A DNA stretch of 64,000 nucleotides from a virus: IMG/VR virus record IMGVR_UViG_3300045974_000198; one strand, written 5' to 3'. The notes under the pieces were generated by a model. That model was not told where the DNA came from. It saw only the letters and a list, made by a program, of their open reading frames with translations, and made no database searches. Made by a program: the position numbers and the translations under genes. Positions 43,577-54,463 of the stretch are shown piece by piece. Numbering within the stretch: position 1 is the stretch's first letter; each line of letters opens with the position of its first letter.

Positions 43577-44770
43577 GTGGCCAGAACAATTACAAAAACG
43601 GCTGAACCAATACAGAAAATAGTTGCAAATCCTTTTCAGAGTGGTATAATAGCATTTCAAGCTCCAATTGATATGGGTCGCTATAACAGAACCAAGCTTA
43701 TTGTTGTTGGTTGTGGTGGCACTGGTGGCAGGTTAGTTCCTGCCCTAGCTCAACATGTTGCTAATCATAATGCTAATCTTAGAGAGATTATTCGGAATGA
43801 GCCTGGTGCTTTACATAATCCAATGTCTCTGCTGCTGATTGATCCTGATCATGTTGAGCTTAAAAACTTGAAGCGTCAGAACTTCTATAGCTTTGATATT
43901 AATAAAAACAAGGCTGACGTTCTTGCAGAAAGATACTCTGCTCTTTATGGAATTACAGTAGAGTCTTTCCCTGGCTTCTTTGAGGAAGCTAAGAGCTCTA
44001 TCGTCAATAGACATGGTGGCCATAATACAATCATCTTTGACTGCACTGATAATGCTAAAGCAAGAAAGAGTATTGAAGAATATAGTCAGAATGCTTTGCT
44101 TATATCTTGTGGTAATGAAGATACATATGGACAGGTTATTGTTAGCACTATTTGCGATAGCTCCTATATGGGTTCTCGATTGTATGATGCTCTTGCAACT
44201 ATAGAGCGAGCTTTAAAGTTTGAAAATCTTAACGCAATAACAGTTGTTCGTAGCTTGCCTACGCTTCTTGAGCTAGTAAGAGACTTTAGAGACTCTGGAA
44301 CCGAAAGCTGCACTGAAATGCGTTTGTTTAATGATCAGTCTATGCCTATCAATAGTCTAGTTGCCATGCTTGCTTTCAATGTTTTCTATAATGTTGTTGG
44401 TGGTAAACAGTTAAACTATCATCAGGTCAACTGTTCTATTAATAACGTTTCTACTACAAAGTTCATTACAGTGCCTAGAATAGCAAAGAATATGTTTATG
44501 CAAGCATTATATGGCCCTATGACTGAGAACAAAGATGCTCTTCATACACAGTTTACGGCTGAGTATGGTCGTATAATGAACAGTAACTTAACTGAATTTA
44601 AGAACCATATTAATTACTATCACGAGATTATTCTGCCTCATGCTAGACACTATATGCGCAATAGATATCAGTTAAACTCTGAAGAAACTGCAGAGCTTGG
44701 TAATATTATTATGGCGCTTGACCTAGGAACATATGTTCCTAATAGCCAAATTACTGCTGCTGCAGCATAA
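43577..44770 (+). CDS. ThiF/E1-like activating enzyme
   Basis: VVGCGGTGG, IDPDHVELKNLKRQNF, KADVLA, DCTDN..AR, GN...GQV, SC. Confidence 0.88.
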   Translation: MARTITKTAEPIQKIVANPFQSGIIAFQAPIDMGRYNRTKLIVVGCGGTGGRLVPALAQHVANHNANLREIIRNEPGALHNPMSLLLIDPDHVELKNLKRQNFYSFDINKNKADVLAERYSALYGITVESFPGFFEEAKSSIVNRHGGHNTIIFDCTDNAKARKSIEEYSQNALLISCGNEDTYGQVIVSTICDSSYMGSRLYDALATIERALKFENLNAITVVRSLPTLLELVRDFRDSGTESCTEMRLFNDQSMPINSLVAMLAFNVFYNVVGGKQLNYHQVNCSINNVSTTKFITVPRIAKNMFMQALYGPMTENKDALHTQFTAEYGRIMNSNLTEFKNHINYYHEIILPHARHYMRNRYQLNSEETAELGNIIMALDLGTYVPNSQITAAAA

Positions 44771-44779
44771 GGAGATAGT

Positions 44780-44995
44780 ATGCCGATGTTTGATTTAGCA
44801 TGTGATTTATGTGACTGGAAGAGTGAAGTCTTAGAATCATATGAAAAAGCTAAGTCTCATACCTGCCCTGAATGTGGAGCTAGCACTACGCTAGTTCCAG
44901 GTTCAGGTGGATTCCAGATAAGAGGCTTTAGTTCAGCAAATAATTACCATCGTGAGGAGCTAATGTATGATGGCTCACAACCAAGGGACTGGTAA
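44780..44995 (+). CDS. FmdB-like zinc ribbon
   Basis: MPMFDLACDLC...CPECG...GGFQIRG. Confidence 0.7.
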   Translation: MPMFDLACDLCDWKSEVLESYEKAKSHTCPECGASTTLVPGSGGFQIRGFSSANNYHREELMYDGSQPRDW

Positions 44996-45482
44996 GGTTA
45001 TATGTATACATGGGCCTCCACTTTCTGGTAAGACCTATTTGATAAACCAAATACTTAATGAATTTGATGACTTTTATACTATTAACTATGAGATGTTTTT
45101 TAATCCAAATATTCCAACTATAATGAACTATAATAAATTCTACGATTATGCTTATGATTCAATGCATAAGAGTAATCTTATTCTTGAGTCTGCATACAAT
45201 AGAATAACTTCTCCTCATTATAATCAAAATATTCCAGTGCCACATTTCTCTGTGCTATGCTGGCCGAATGTTTCTATCCATCAAGATCGTGTTGATGCTT
45301 TTAGGATATTAGCTGGTAATAGTCTAACACATAGGCGAATTGGTAGTCTTAATATAAGGCATTCAAGGCAAGCTTATACTGCACAATGGCATGCATATGG
45401 TGCAATAAAGACCAATATTATATTCACTGGTGAGAATGTTAACGAAGTCAAAGAAGGAATAAAAGCTTATGTATTTAGTTGA
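44967..45482 (+). CDS. P-loop kinase-like protein
   Basis: GPPLSGKT Walker A. Confidence 0.55.
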   Translation: MMAHNQGTGKVICIHGPPLSGKTYLINQILNEFDDFYTINYEMFFNPNIPTIMNYNKFYDYAYDSMHKSNLILESAYNRITSPHYNQNIPVPHFSVLCWPNVSIHQDRVDAFRILAGNSLTHRRIGSLNIRHSRQAYTAQWHAYGAIKTNIIFTGENVNEVKEGIKAYVFS

Positions 45483-45761
45483 TTTTATCAGGGTTATCAA
45501 AAAAGGTGGCACTGGAGAAGCATCAGTTAGAATTATTGATGATGATGGTAATGCACTGTTGCTTAACAAATTTATTATTGATGTGAACGATGGTGCTGAA
45601 CCTGTTGGAATTCCTAAAGTAAAAGGAACTCCTATATATGCAGGTGCTATCGTTGACAAGATCAAAGGACAGATACTTGACATATTTACTACGCAGCTTG
45701 TAGAGCATAAGAATGGTATATTTAAAGTATCGAGAAACGGTATCGAAAAAGAAGGTGACTA

Positions 45762-46118
45762 ATGGAAATTTCAAGCATGACATTAACACCGTCTACTAAA
45801 GCACAAGGTGCCTTAGCTGGATGGGGAGAAGTTGTATTCGATGAGATTCTGACTATCAGAATTACAGTCATGAAGAATGGAACAGACGGTAGCTTATTCG
45901 TAAGCTGGCCATCTAAACCAAGTACCGGCGATCAAGGCGGGTATTTCAAACTAGTATTATGGGAGAAGAGCCCTGCAACATCAGCTATTGAAGCTCAGAT
46001 TATTGGTGAGTTCAATAAGGCTCTTGGTGTAACAAATGGAAAGGCTGCAGGCAAGAAGCAAGACGAAGCGCCGCCTGCAGAACCAAAAGAAGCCAAGCCT
46101 ATTATAGGCTGGGCATAA
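45762..46118 (+). CDS. SpoVG-like nucleic-acid-binding protein
   Basis: ITVMKNGTDGSLFVSWPSK resembles the SpoVG LFVAMPS motif. Confidence 0.6.
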   Translation: MEISSMTLTPSTKAQGALAGWGEVVFDEILTIRITVMKNGTDGSLFVSWPSKPSTGDQGGYFKLVLWEKSPATSAIEAQIIGEFNKALGVTNGKAAGKKQDEAPPAEPKEAKPIIGWA

Positions 46119-46132
46119 TAAGGAAGTAACCA

Positions 46133-46615
46133 ATGGATCTAAGAATTTATCGTACTACAAGTGTATTAACCCTTACCACATGGGATGAAAAGAACAAAGC
46201 TTTTATCGAACTCACACCTAATCTTGAAGGCGCTTCTAAGGGACAACCTAAGCCTGGAGAGAAAAGATATGACTACGATAAGACACTTCGTATTTCATTC
46301 CAACCTTTAGACATGCTCATTGCTTCTTATAAGCTTGAAGGTATGTCGAAGGGTGCTCCACTCGAACTTCAGAAGTTTGGTGACATGAGTAAGGTAGCAA
46401 ACTCTGAAAGTAAAGATAAGAAATCACTTTCAATTAAGCCTACTGGCAAACCTGAAGGTGGTGTCTATGTAAATCTTTCTGTTGGTGCTGATAAGCAGAA
46501 TATGACACTGAGTAATGAAGAAGCTTATGCTATTTCAAAATGGTTTGAAATCCAAGCTCAGAAATTTATCCTGAAGACAGTGCCTCGTGGTGCTGAAGAA
46601 GACCACGTAGAATAA
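46133..46615 (+). CDS. hypothetical protein
   Basis: 160-aa ORF followed by a terminator. Confidence 0.65.
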   Translation: MDLRIYRTTSVLTLTTWDEKNKAFIELTPNLEGASKGQPKPGEKRYDYDKTLRISFQPLDMLIASYKLEGMSKGAPLELQKFGDMSKVANSESKDKKSLSIKPTGKPEGGVYVNLSVGADKQNMTLSNEEAYAISKWFEIQAQKFILKTVPRGAEEDHVE

Positions 46616-46635
46616 GAATATACATATCGTGTAAT

Positions 46636-46661
46636 AAGCCTAGCTTATAGCTGGGCTTTTT
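46636..46661 (+). terminator. intrinsic terminator
   Basis: AAGCCTAGC/GCTGGGCTT plus T run. Confidence 0.65.
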
Positions 46662-47334
46662 GCATTTAGTGAGGACAATTTTGAAGGCAGCATATGATAA
46701 CACAGAAAAAGTCTTATGCCGCGAAAGTATTGTTAACACTATTAATACTCTTCTCCCTAATGCAGATATAGTAATGCTTGAACTTTTAGGTCTTGGTATA
46801 GGAGCAAATTATTTTGCTGAGAATATACCTAACCTAAAACATCTAGTGCTAATAGAAAAAATTAGGAAGTTATATTATGAATGGTGTATAAATAAGCATG
46901 ATGCTTTTCGGAGTAAGTATAATATTCCAAATCTTGGAGTATATAACTGTAGTCTTGAGAGGTTTATGAGTTCACGTAACTTCACAAACTACAAGTTTAA
47001 TGTCTTTGACTTAGATCTTTGTAAATATTATTATGAGCCTGATGAACAGCCCAGACCACTAGCACCATACCATCTTCTTAATAAGATTTTTCAAAACAAA
47101 ATGATAGCAAATGATGGTTTGCTTTTTACAAATTTTCAGGTGGCCGGTTGGGGCCCTAATATGGCCAAGAGTAAAGGTATCACGCCAATCATTGAGCGGA
47201 GTGCTATCATTGACAGACTTTGTGCTATCGGTGAAGGACACTCTTATGACTTAGACCTTGTATTTGATTGTAGATATAAGTCTACGCATAATAATGTGAT
47301 GCACTGCTTTGGTTTTCAGGTAACAGAATTTTAA
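46660..47334 (+). CDS. possible SAM-dependent methyltransferase fold
   Basis: LELLGLGIG and FDLDLC motifs; start uncertain. Confidence 0.4.
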   Translation: MHLVRTILKAAYDNTEKVLCRESIVNTINTLLPNADIVMLELLGLGIGANYFAENIPNLKHLVLIEKIRKLYYEWCINKHDAFRSKYNIPNLGVYNCSLERFMSSRNFTNYKFNVFDLDLCKYYYEPDEQPRPLAPYHLLNKIFQNKMIANDGLLFTNFQVAGWGPNMAKSKGITPIIERSAIIDRLCAIGEGHSYDLDLVFDCRYKSTHNNVMHCFGFQVTEF

Positions 47335-47352
47335 TGTTATGAGGTATTTAAT

Positions 47353-47820
47353 ATGGCAAATGAAACAGCAACAGTATATCTGGATCAGAATAATATCTTT
47401 TTCAGGTATAAGAAATTAGACTTTCGACTTCTTTTAGAGTATATCAATAATGATTTTGATGTAATCAGAGCAACTTCTTACATGTCTTATGATCCAGAAC
47501 AGTCTGCTCAGAAAGGCTTCATCACTTACATGGCTAACAATGGCTGGAAGTGCAACACTATAAGTATTAAAGATAATACTAACATTGATCATATGCTAAT
47601 GGCTGATATGATGAATGACTTTAGTATACTAAGCCAGCAATGGGTTGTTTTAATAGCTGGTGATGGTGACTATGCTTACATGCTTGACTTGCTTTCTAAG
47701 CGTGGGTGTCGTGTATATGTAATAGGAGCACGTGGTTATATATCTTTAGATCTATTAAAGGTAGCAGACAAAGTAAAATATATAGAAGACCTTGACAAAG
47801 TTATAATCGAAACAGTTTAA
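47353..47820 (+). CDS. NYN-domain (LabA/DUF88) nuclease
   Basis: YLDQNN, D..LMAD and IAGDGDY motifs. Confidence 0.85.
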   Translation: MANETATVYLDQNNIFFRYKKLDFRLLLEYINNDFDVIRATSYMSYDPEQSAQKGFITYMANNGWKCNTISIKDNTNIDHMLMADMMNDFSILSQQWVVLIAGDGDYAYMLDLLSKRGCRVYVIGARGYISLDLLKVADKVKYIEDLDKVIIETV

Positions 47821-47870
47821 TTACTTGAGTGCGGTGCTATCTTTGACGGTCGCACCGCTACGGAGTAGAT

Positions 47871-48506
47871 ATGAAATTAGCTATCGAAGTTAATACGAGC
47901 TCTGACCTTAAACAGGTAGCAGCTTTGCTTGAAAAGTTCCAATCGCTTGAAGTTCAATTCAATTTCACAAAAGCTGAGCTTGTTGATTATGAACTTCCAG
48001 TAGCACCATTTTTATCTGCCTATAATAGCAGAGTTAAATCTCTTAAAAGCATGTTCTCATTTGAAGACACTGTATTTATAGCTTCCAAATTAGAAGATTA
48101 TTTTGATATTCTTTTAGAAGATATAGTTGTTGAGCCTTATGGTAATTGTCGGCATGTTGTAGAGCTATCAGAGTTCTATGAATATGCAAAGAACATAACC
48201 ATTAGATGCAATAGAGATAAGATGCCTAATATGAATAACCCTTTTGCAGTAGCACTATTAAGTAAAGTATCTAACACCAAAATATCTTTTGATACTACGG
48301 TGCTATCGAATGCTTGGTTTGACCGATGTATATTAGATGCTTTGTCAGACTATATCGGTGAGATTTATATGCCTATTACATATTCAACAGAATATCCTGA
48401 TTTCTTAAGTCATATTTTTAATGACTTTAGATTGACAATAAATATTGATCCAGTGTATATTAGTAGAGCTAGTGAATGTATAACTCACGTTATGTCGCGC
48501 CAGTGA
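47871..48506 (+). CDS. hypothetical protein
   Basis: GGAG RBS, 211 aa. Confidence 0.6.
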   Translation: MKLAIEVNTSSDLKQVAALLEKFQSLEVQFNFTKAELVDYELPVAPFLSAYNSRVKSLKSMFSFEDTVFIASKLEDYFDILLEDIVVEPYGNCRHVVELSEFYEYAKNITIRCNRDKMPNMNNPFAVALLSKVSNTKISFDTTVLSNAWFDRCILDALSDYIGEIYMPITYSTEYPDFLSHIFNDFRLTINIDPVYISRASECITHVMSRQ

Positions 48507-48664
48507 CATGACTACCCTGGTTGAACACTTTGTTCTTCCATGCCTCTTTTGCAATACCATCTTTTAGGAAGTTCCTCCCTTTTAAGGGTGCTTAGGCACC
48601 CTTCTGTAACATAATCCCAATAATCAAATAAAAGTTCCGGCTAGAGTTTTAGTAAGGAGTAAGT

Positions 48665-49063
48665 ATGCCTAAAGACCCAAGTAATAATAGATTTGTTTTA
48701 AAAGATTCAGGTACTCGTGAAGCTTATAGCGATACAGGTATGCTGAGAGAAGTGCAAGAAGGTAGAGGTAGATTTGATTTACTTTCACCTATAGCTATGT
48801 TACGCCTAGCTAAGATTTATGAAGGTGGCGCTAAAAAATATGGAGATCGTAACTGGGAGAAGGGTGCGCCCGTATCTAAGTTTATTAACTCAGGACTACG
48901 TCATGCTTTTCAAGCTTTAGAAGGAAGGACTGATGAAGACCATCTTGTCCAGGCAGCTTGGAATTTTTTAGGTGCAGCTCATGTTCTTGAGATGATTGAT
49001 AGAGGTAAGATGCCTCCAGAGTTTAATGACCTACCAGACATGACACCTGTGGAGAAGCTATGA
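48665..49063 (+). CDS. dATP/dGTP diphosphohydrolase-domain (DUF5664-like) protein
   Basis: GRFDLLSP, GAKKYGDRNWEKG, RH, EDHL..AAWN. Confidence 0.85.
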   Translation: MPKDPSNNRFVLKDSGTREAYSDTGMLREVQEGRGRFDLLSPIAMLRLAKIYEGGAKKYGDRNWEKGAPVSKFINSGLRHAFQALEGRTDEDHLVQAAWNFLGAAHVLEMIDRGKMPPEFNDLPDMTPVEKL

Positions 49064-49572
49064 TTTTAATAGACGCTTGTGCTCCGCCTCATTGCTCTTG
49101 TCCGCATATGGAAATATACAAAGAGACAAATACTATCTTGATCATTGATGACGAAGATGATATGGTTAAGATGACAATAGATGAATTCACTTTACTTGCC
49201 GAAAGATTTAAGGCAACAATGGAGAAATAAAATGGACTACAATAAGCTTAACTTTGATGGCAATGGTATCAAAGGAAAGGTGTCACAAGAAGAAATGAAT
49301 ATAGCACCTGAATTTGGTGACTCACTAAAGATACATAATCTTGAGATGGAGTGGCATGTAAAGACCACTAATCCAGGTGACTCAGAAAGAGTTTATACTG
49401 GTGAAACTAAGGTATCTAATCCTCCCAAGGAGTCATGTCGTAAATGTTTTGGTAGAGGATTTACTGGTTACGATATAAAGGCAGAAAAGTTTCAGCTATG
49501 TGCTTGTGTAAATAAGACTGCTAACTTTACTAATAGATCTGAGTCTTATTACAGAAAGGTGAAGGGATACTA

Positions 49573-49899
49573 ATGGAAGCTTTAATTGGTTTAGTATATA
49601 TAGGACTAGTAACTGCATCAATAAGCTCAATGTGGCTATTTAGCCCTATGTTTGAGTTTCTAAGAGAACAATTTTTAGAAGTGCCATACATAAAACACTT
49701 GGCAATATGTCAGATATGCTGTGCATTCTGGATAGCTATACCAGTAACGTTAGTTATTATGGAAGGGCCTACTGTGTTAGGAGTTATCTTGCATGCATTT
49801 TGTGCAGCATTTATATCATGGAGTTTAGGTGCATGGACAACTAAAAATCTTTGGGAGCGTGCCTTCCACCAAAGAACCGTGCAGGAGTATGATAGATGA
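49573..49899 (+). CDS. DUF1360-like membrane protein
   Basis: TM helices flanking C..C..FW. Confidence 0.5.
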   Translation: MEALIGLVYIGLVTASISSMWLFSPMFEFLREQFLEVPYIKHLAICQICCAFWIAIPVTLVIMEGPTVLGVILHAFCAAFISWSLGAWTTKNLWERAFHQRTVQEYDR

Positions 49900-50699
49900 A
49901 ATTAGGGATTGGTATTACTACAAGGAATAGACCTAAGGTCCTTGATATTTGTTTGCAGCATTTTATTAACTTTACTAATCTAGAAGACGTTACCCTATGC
50001 ATTGTAGATGATGAATCAGATTTGAAGTTCTCCTCTGAATATAGAGAGGTTGTAAATAAATATCCTGGTGTGGTTTATTATAGAAATCCCAGACGGCTTG
50101 GTATAGCAAAGTCTAAGAATGAATGTATTAAACGTATTAGACAGTGTGATTATATCTTCATGTTTGATGATGATACTTTCCCTAGACAGGTTGGATGGGA
50201 AGATAAATTTATAAGTGTAACTGAAAAGTATCCTCAACTACAGCATTTAATGTATCTTTCTGATGTATTTACAAAAATTAATACTGAGAAAACTGATGGT
50301 GCAAAAATAGAAATCATTAATCAGTATGATCTATTTGCCGAATATGGTAACTGCTTTGGGATATGCCTTTACTTCACAAAGAATGCTATAGAATTACTAG
50401 GTGGATACTATCCGAAGTTTGGTATCTATGGTTATGAACATGCAGAGTTATCCAAAAGAGCTGAATGGGCTGGACTAACTGGTGGACTAAAGAACTATAT
50501 AGGTCCTAATAATATTAATGAATATATATACTCCTTTGATACTGACTATTATTATTTAAAAGAACTCCCACCGCTAGTTGAAAAACTAGGGTTTGAATTT
50601 GATACATCTTTAGATAGAAAAAAAGAGAGTGTCCAAGGGTATATATCTAACAACCTTAAGGTTTGGCATACTTCTAATAAGCTATGTTATAAGATTTAG
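49896..50699 (+). CDS. GT2 glycosyltransferase
   Basis: ITTRNR, VDD, GIAKSKN, FDDD and YGYEH motifs. Confidence 0.85.
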   Translation: MKLGIGITTRNRPKVLDICLQHFINFTNLEDVTLCIVDDESDLKFSSEYREVVNKYPGVVYYRNPRRLGIAKSKNECIKRIRQCDYIFMFDDDTFPRQVGWEDKFISVTEKYPQLQHLMYLSDVFTKINTEKTDGAKIEIINQYDLFAEYGNCFGICLYFTKNAIELLGGYYPKFGIYGYEHAELSKRAEWAGLTGGLKNYIGPNNINEYIYSFDTDYYYLKELPPLVEKLGFEFDTSLDRKKESVQGYISNNLKVWHTSNKLCYKI

Positions 50700-50707
50700 G
50701 AGACTAT

Positions 50708-51982
50708 ATGATTTCAATTATAATGGCCTATTATGATAGGCTGCCTCAGCTTTTACTTACTTTAGATTCTATTGAAGAAAAAGTTATTAAGCCTGATGAG
50801 GTTATTATTGTAGACGATGCCTCTGTTCCGCCATTATTGCTTGAAGATAAGTATAGCTTTAAAATAATAGTTAAGAACATCCTTCCTGAAGAAAGAACAT
50901 GGGTTAATCCTGGAGCTGTCTATAATATAGCCTATAGTATGGCCATTGGAGATAAGATAATTATACAAAATCCTGAGTGTTTCCATAGAGATGACATTGT
51001 AGAGTATGTAAAAGACCATCTTGTTGATGGTGACTACATGGCATTTGGTTGCTATTCTACAGGCCCAGGTGAGGATCCTAGAAATCCTGCTCTTAACCCT
51101 AGGCCTTTAACCCATGAGGGAGATAGTGCCTGGTATAACCATTCAGCATTTAGACCAGCGGCTTTAAACTTCACTGCTGCTATTACAAGGAATAGTATTG
51201 CACGATTAGGTGGGCTATTTAATCCTATGCTTTTTAATGGCATTGCTTATGATGACACTGAATTTGTGTGGAGAGTAAAAAATCGTGGGCTTAATATAAA
51301 GTTCGTAGATGATTACATCTCTATACATCAATATCATTATCATAAGCCTTCTGCTGCGGCTAGGGTTCCTGCTGGTAGCAATGCTTATTTATATGAAGGT
51401 ATAATAAACGGGACTATAAGTGATAATATGCAAACACAAGTAAATAATATAGTAACTAGATCAATTAGTCCATACGAAATAGTCCAAGTAGCTAATCAAT
51501 ATAATAGTGTGCTAGAAATTGGATGTGGTGAAGGACAATTTATAGGTGCATGTACTGCAGCTAAGAAGATTGGTATTGAAGGTTGTCAAGAGCTAGTAGA
51601 TAGATGTGCAAGTATAAATGCAGCTAATAATGTTGAAGTGCTATGTATGAATATAGTTGATCTGCCAGCTGTTTTACAGCCTAAGTCAATAGAATGTGTT
51701 ATAGCATTGGATATCATTGAGCATTTTGAAATGTGTGATGCTCTTGCTGTCTTGGAAATGTGTGAGATGATAGCCACCAAGGCTGTATTATGTTTTATAC
51801 CTGTTGGAAATCACCCGCAGAAAGGTGACCCACGAGGTGTAGAGAATAGCCTTAACGACCATCTTAGCACGTGGTATTGTGAAGATATGAAAGCTTTAGG
51901 GTATCAAGTCTACTTTGATCCTACTTTTCACAATGAACCTGGCAAAGACAGAGGTGCTATGCTTGCCTATAAATTTCTATAA
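50708..51982 (+). CDS. GT2 glycosyltransferase fused to a class I SAM methyltransferase
   Basis: N-terminal IIVDDAS; C-terminal VLEIGCGEG and DIIEHF. Confidence 0.85.
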   Translation: MISIIMAYYDRLPQLLLTLDSIEEKVIKPDEVIIVDDASVPPLLLEDKYSFKIIVKNILPEERTWVNPGAVYNIAYSMAIGDKIIIQNPECFHRDDIVEYVKDHLVDGDYMAFGCYSTGPGEDPRNPALNPRPLTHEGDSAWYNHSAFRPAALNFTAAITRNSIARLGGLFNPMLFNGIAYDDTEFVWRVKNRGLNIKFVDDYISIHQYHYHKPSAAARVPAGSNAYLYEGIINGTISDNMQTQVNNIVTRSISPYEIVQVANQYNSVLEIGCGEGQFIGACTAAKKIGIEGCQELVDRCASINAANNVEVLCMNIVDLPAVLQPKSIECVIALDIIEHFEMCDALAVLEMCEMIATKAVLCFIPVGNHPQKGDPRGVENSLNDHLSTWYCEDMKALGYQVYFDPTFHNEPGKDRGAMLAYKFL

Positions 51983-51990
51983 GGCGGTAA

Positions 51991-53190
51991 TTGATGATTC
52001 TTTTTATAAACCCATCAACATATAGAATATATGATACGCCAGAGAAAAGACCTATTTTAGAACCTTTATGGGCAGAGCAACTGAGTGCCTATATTGGAAA
52101 TGATTCATATGATATATTTGATATGAATTTAGACTCTGAGTATCCTATATGCAATCCCACCTTTATTTGCATCTCTGTTGTTACTCCTCTATTATTGGAG
52201 GTTAAGGAGATTATAAAAGAGTGTAGAATAAAGTATCCTAATGCTAAAATTATATTAGGCGGCCCACATATCTCTATCTTTAAGGGGCAAGATAGCCTAG
52301 ATGCTAACTATAAAGTTGTTGGTGAAGGAGAGTCTGTCTTTAATAAAATTATTGATGGTGAATATCCAGAAGGTATTATATTCTCACAACAAATAGATAA
52401 CCTTGACTCTATTCCTTTTTCTATAAGAATTGATAGGAAAACATATAGGCTTAATCATAATATAAATGATAACATAGTCTTAGCTTCAGTTATGAGCTCA
52501 CGTTCTTGTCCTTATCAATGCATATATTGCGCTAGCAAAGAAATATTTGGCACTAAGATGAGGTATAGATCCCCTGGAAATGTTCTAGCAGAGCTAGAGC
52601 AGCTACAAGCAATTGGTGTTAATACAGTTATATTCATTGATGATTGTTTTACTCTTTTAAAAGATAGGGTTCATAGAATATGTGACCTTATAATAGAGAA
52701 AGGGCTTAATATTAAATGGTGGATAGATACAAGAGCCGATACTATAGATGAAGATATGCTAGTTAAGATGAAGCAGGCTGGCTGCTCTATGATAGTGTTT
52801 GGCGTTGAGTCAGGCAACCAGAATGTTTTAAATAGGATTAGAAAAAATATAACATTAGATAAAATAGAAAAGGCTTTTGAATTAACTAAGAAAGTTGGCA
52901 TAGAGACTAAATGTAATATGATGCTTGGGCATTTAGATGAAACGAGAGAAGAGATATTAGATACTATTGCTTTCGCTAAGAAGGTTAATCCAACTAAGGC
53001 ATCATTTTATAAAGTTATTCCTTTACCTGGTAGTCCTTTGTATCAAATATGTATAGATAGGAAATTGATAACGGGTGATGAAGAAGAGTTTAAAACTATG
53101 GCTTGGTATAAATCTCCACCAATTATATCTATGGTATCTTCTGCGGAACTAGAAGAGTTACAACAATATGCCTATAAGGAGTTTGTATAA
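51991..53190 (+). CDS. B12-binding radical SAM enzyme
   Basis: ILGGPH B12-binding motif, SRSCPYQCIYC, DDCF, GVESG. Confidence 0.9.
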   Translation: MMILFINPSTYRIYDTPEKRPILEPLWAEQLSAYIGNDSYDIFDMNLDSEYPICNPTFICISVVTPLLLEVKEIIKECRIKYPNAKIILGGPHISIFKGQDSLDANYKVVGEGESVFNKIIDGEYPEGIIFSQQIDNLDSIPFSIRIDRKTYRLNHNINDNIVLASVMSSRSCPYQCIYCASKEIFGTKMRYRSPGNVLAELEQLQAIGVNTVIFIDDCFTLLKDRVHRICDLIIEKGLNIKWWIDTRADTIDEDMLVKMKQAGCSMIVFGVESGNQNVLNRIRKNITLDKIEKAFELTKKVGIETKCNMMLGHLDETREEILDTIAFAKKVNPTKASFYKVIPLPGSPLYQICIDRKLITGDEEEFKTMAWYKSPPIISMVSSAELEELQQYAYKEFV

Positions 53191-54257
53191 TGAGTAAGAC
53201 TGAATACTCACCATATAAAATAGTTCATCATCCATTAATTATGCAGCAGCTTAGAGATAAAGAGCAAGTATTTCCGCTGCAGGTGCATCTAGTTCCAACT
53301 AATAGGTGCAATCAAAACTGTCAGTTTTGTGCATATAGAATGCATGGATATTCTTCATCACAAAACTTTGAAGCTAATAATCATCTGCCAGAAAACAAAT
53401 TGCTAGAAATCATTGATGACCTAGGTAATCATGGCTGTAAAGCTATACAATTTACTGGGGGTGGCGAGCCCCTGGTACACGAAGCTATAGCAAAAGCATT
53501 AGAATTGACATACTTGAAAGGTATGGATGCGGCTATGGTGACAAATGGTCAAGCGTTAAAAGACGATACCATAGATCTGCTTGCTAGGTCTTCATGGGTT
53601 AGAATTAGTGTTGATGCATTTAACCCAAAAACTTATTCGGAAACTAGATCTGTTCCTAGCTCTGTATTTGGTAGTGTTATATCTAATATAGAGAAGCTGG
53701 TTTTAAGAAAATCAAGTAGCACAATAATAGGGGTAGGCTTTGTAGTAACAAAAGAAAATTATACAGAAGTATATCAAGCAGCAAAACTATTTAAAGAAAT
53801 TGGTGCAGATAACATAAGAATAGCTGCAGCTTTTACTACGGAAGGATTTTCATACTTTGATGACTTCTTTGACGAAGCAAGAGATGAAGTATTAAGAACT
53901 GTTGAAGACTTATCTGATGAGAATTTTACTGTCTTTAATTTATTTAATGACAGAGTTAAAGACTTGTTTGAGGGTGCACAAAACTATGATTTCTGTCCAA
54001 TGAAAAACCTTGTGCCATATATAGGCGCGGATCAGAATGTATATACGTGCTGCACGTTAGCCTATAATCGACTAGGTCTTGTAGGTTCAATAAAAGATAG
54101 GAAGTTTAGTGAGCTATGGAATGATGATAATGTTATAGAGTTTATGAAAAATCACAATCCAAGGAAAACCTGTAGACTGCCATGCATGTTTGATATCAAA
54201 AATAGATTTATTAATTATTGCATTTCACATGATGCTAAACATATTAATTTTATATGA
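53190..54257 (+). CDS. radical SAM/SPASM-domain enzyme
   Basis: CNQNCQFC, TGGGEP, C-terminal C...GxD..VY.CC cluster. Confidence 0.88.
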   Translation: MSKTEYSPYKIVHHPLIMQQLRDKEQVFPLQVHLVPTNRCNQNCQFCAYRMHGYSSSQNFEANNHLPENKLLEIIDDLGNHGCKAIQFTGGGEPLVHEAIAKALELTYLKGMDAAMVTNGQALKDDTIDLLARSSWVRISVDAFNPKTYSETRSVPSSVFGSVISNIEKLVLRKSSSTIIGVGFVVTKENYTEVYQAAKLFKEIGADNIRIAAAFTTEGFSYFDDFFDEARDEVLRTVEDLSDENFTVFNLFNDRVKDLFEGAQNYDFCPMKNLVPYIGADQNVYTCCTLAYNRLGLVGSIKDRKFSELWNDDNVIEFMKNHNPRKTCRLPCMFDIKNRFINYCISHDAKHINFI

Positions 54258-54463
54258 TATGCAGGGAGATTTATGAAAGACTTTATCAGATCGCTCTTTG
54301 ATGGAGCGAAGAATGTAGCTAAAGCATTAGACTATAAAAGCATTATTATACCTGGAGTCTTGGTCTCTATGGAATTATTAATGTTTGCTATCAAAAGATA
54401 TGGTCATAAAAATAATGTTGAGTGTGAACCAACCAAGACAACTGATGTATTAAAGAGTTTGAA

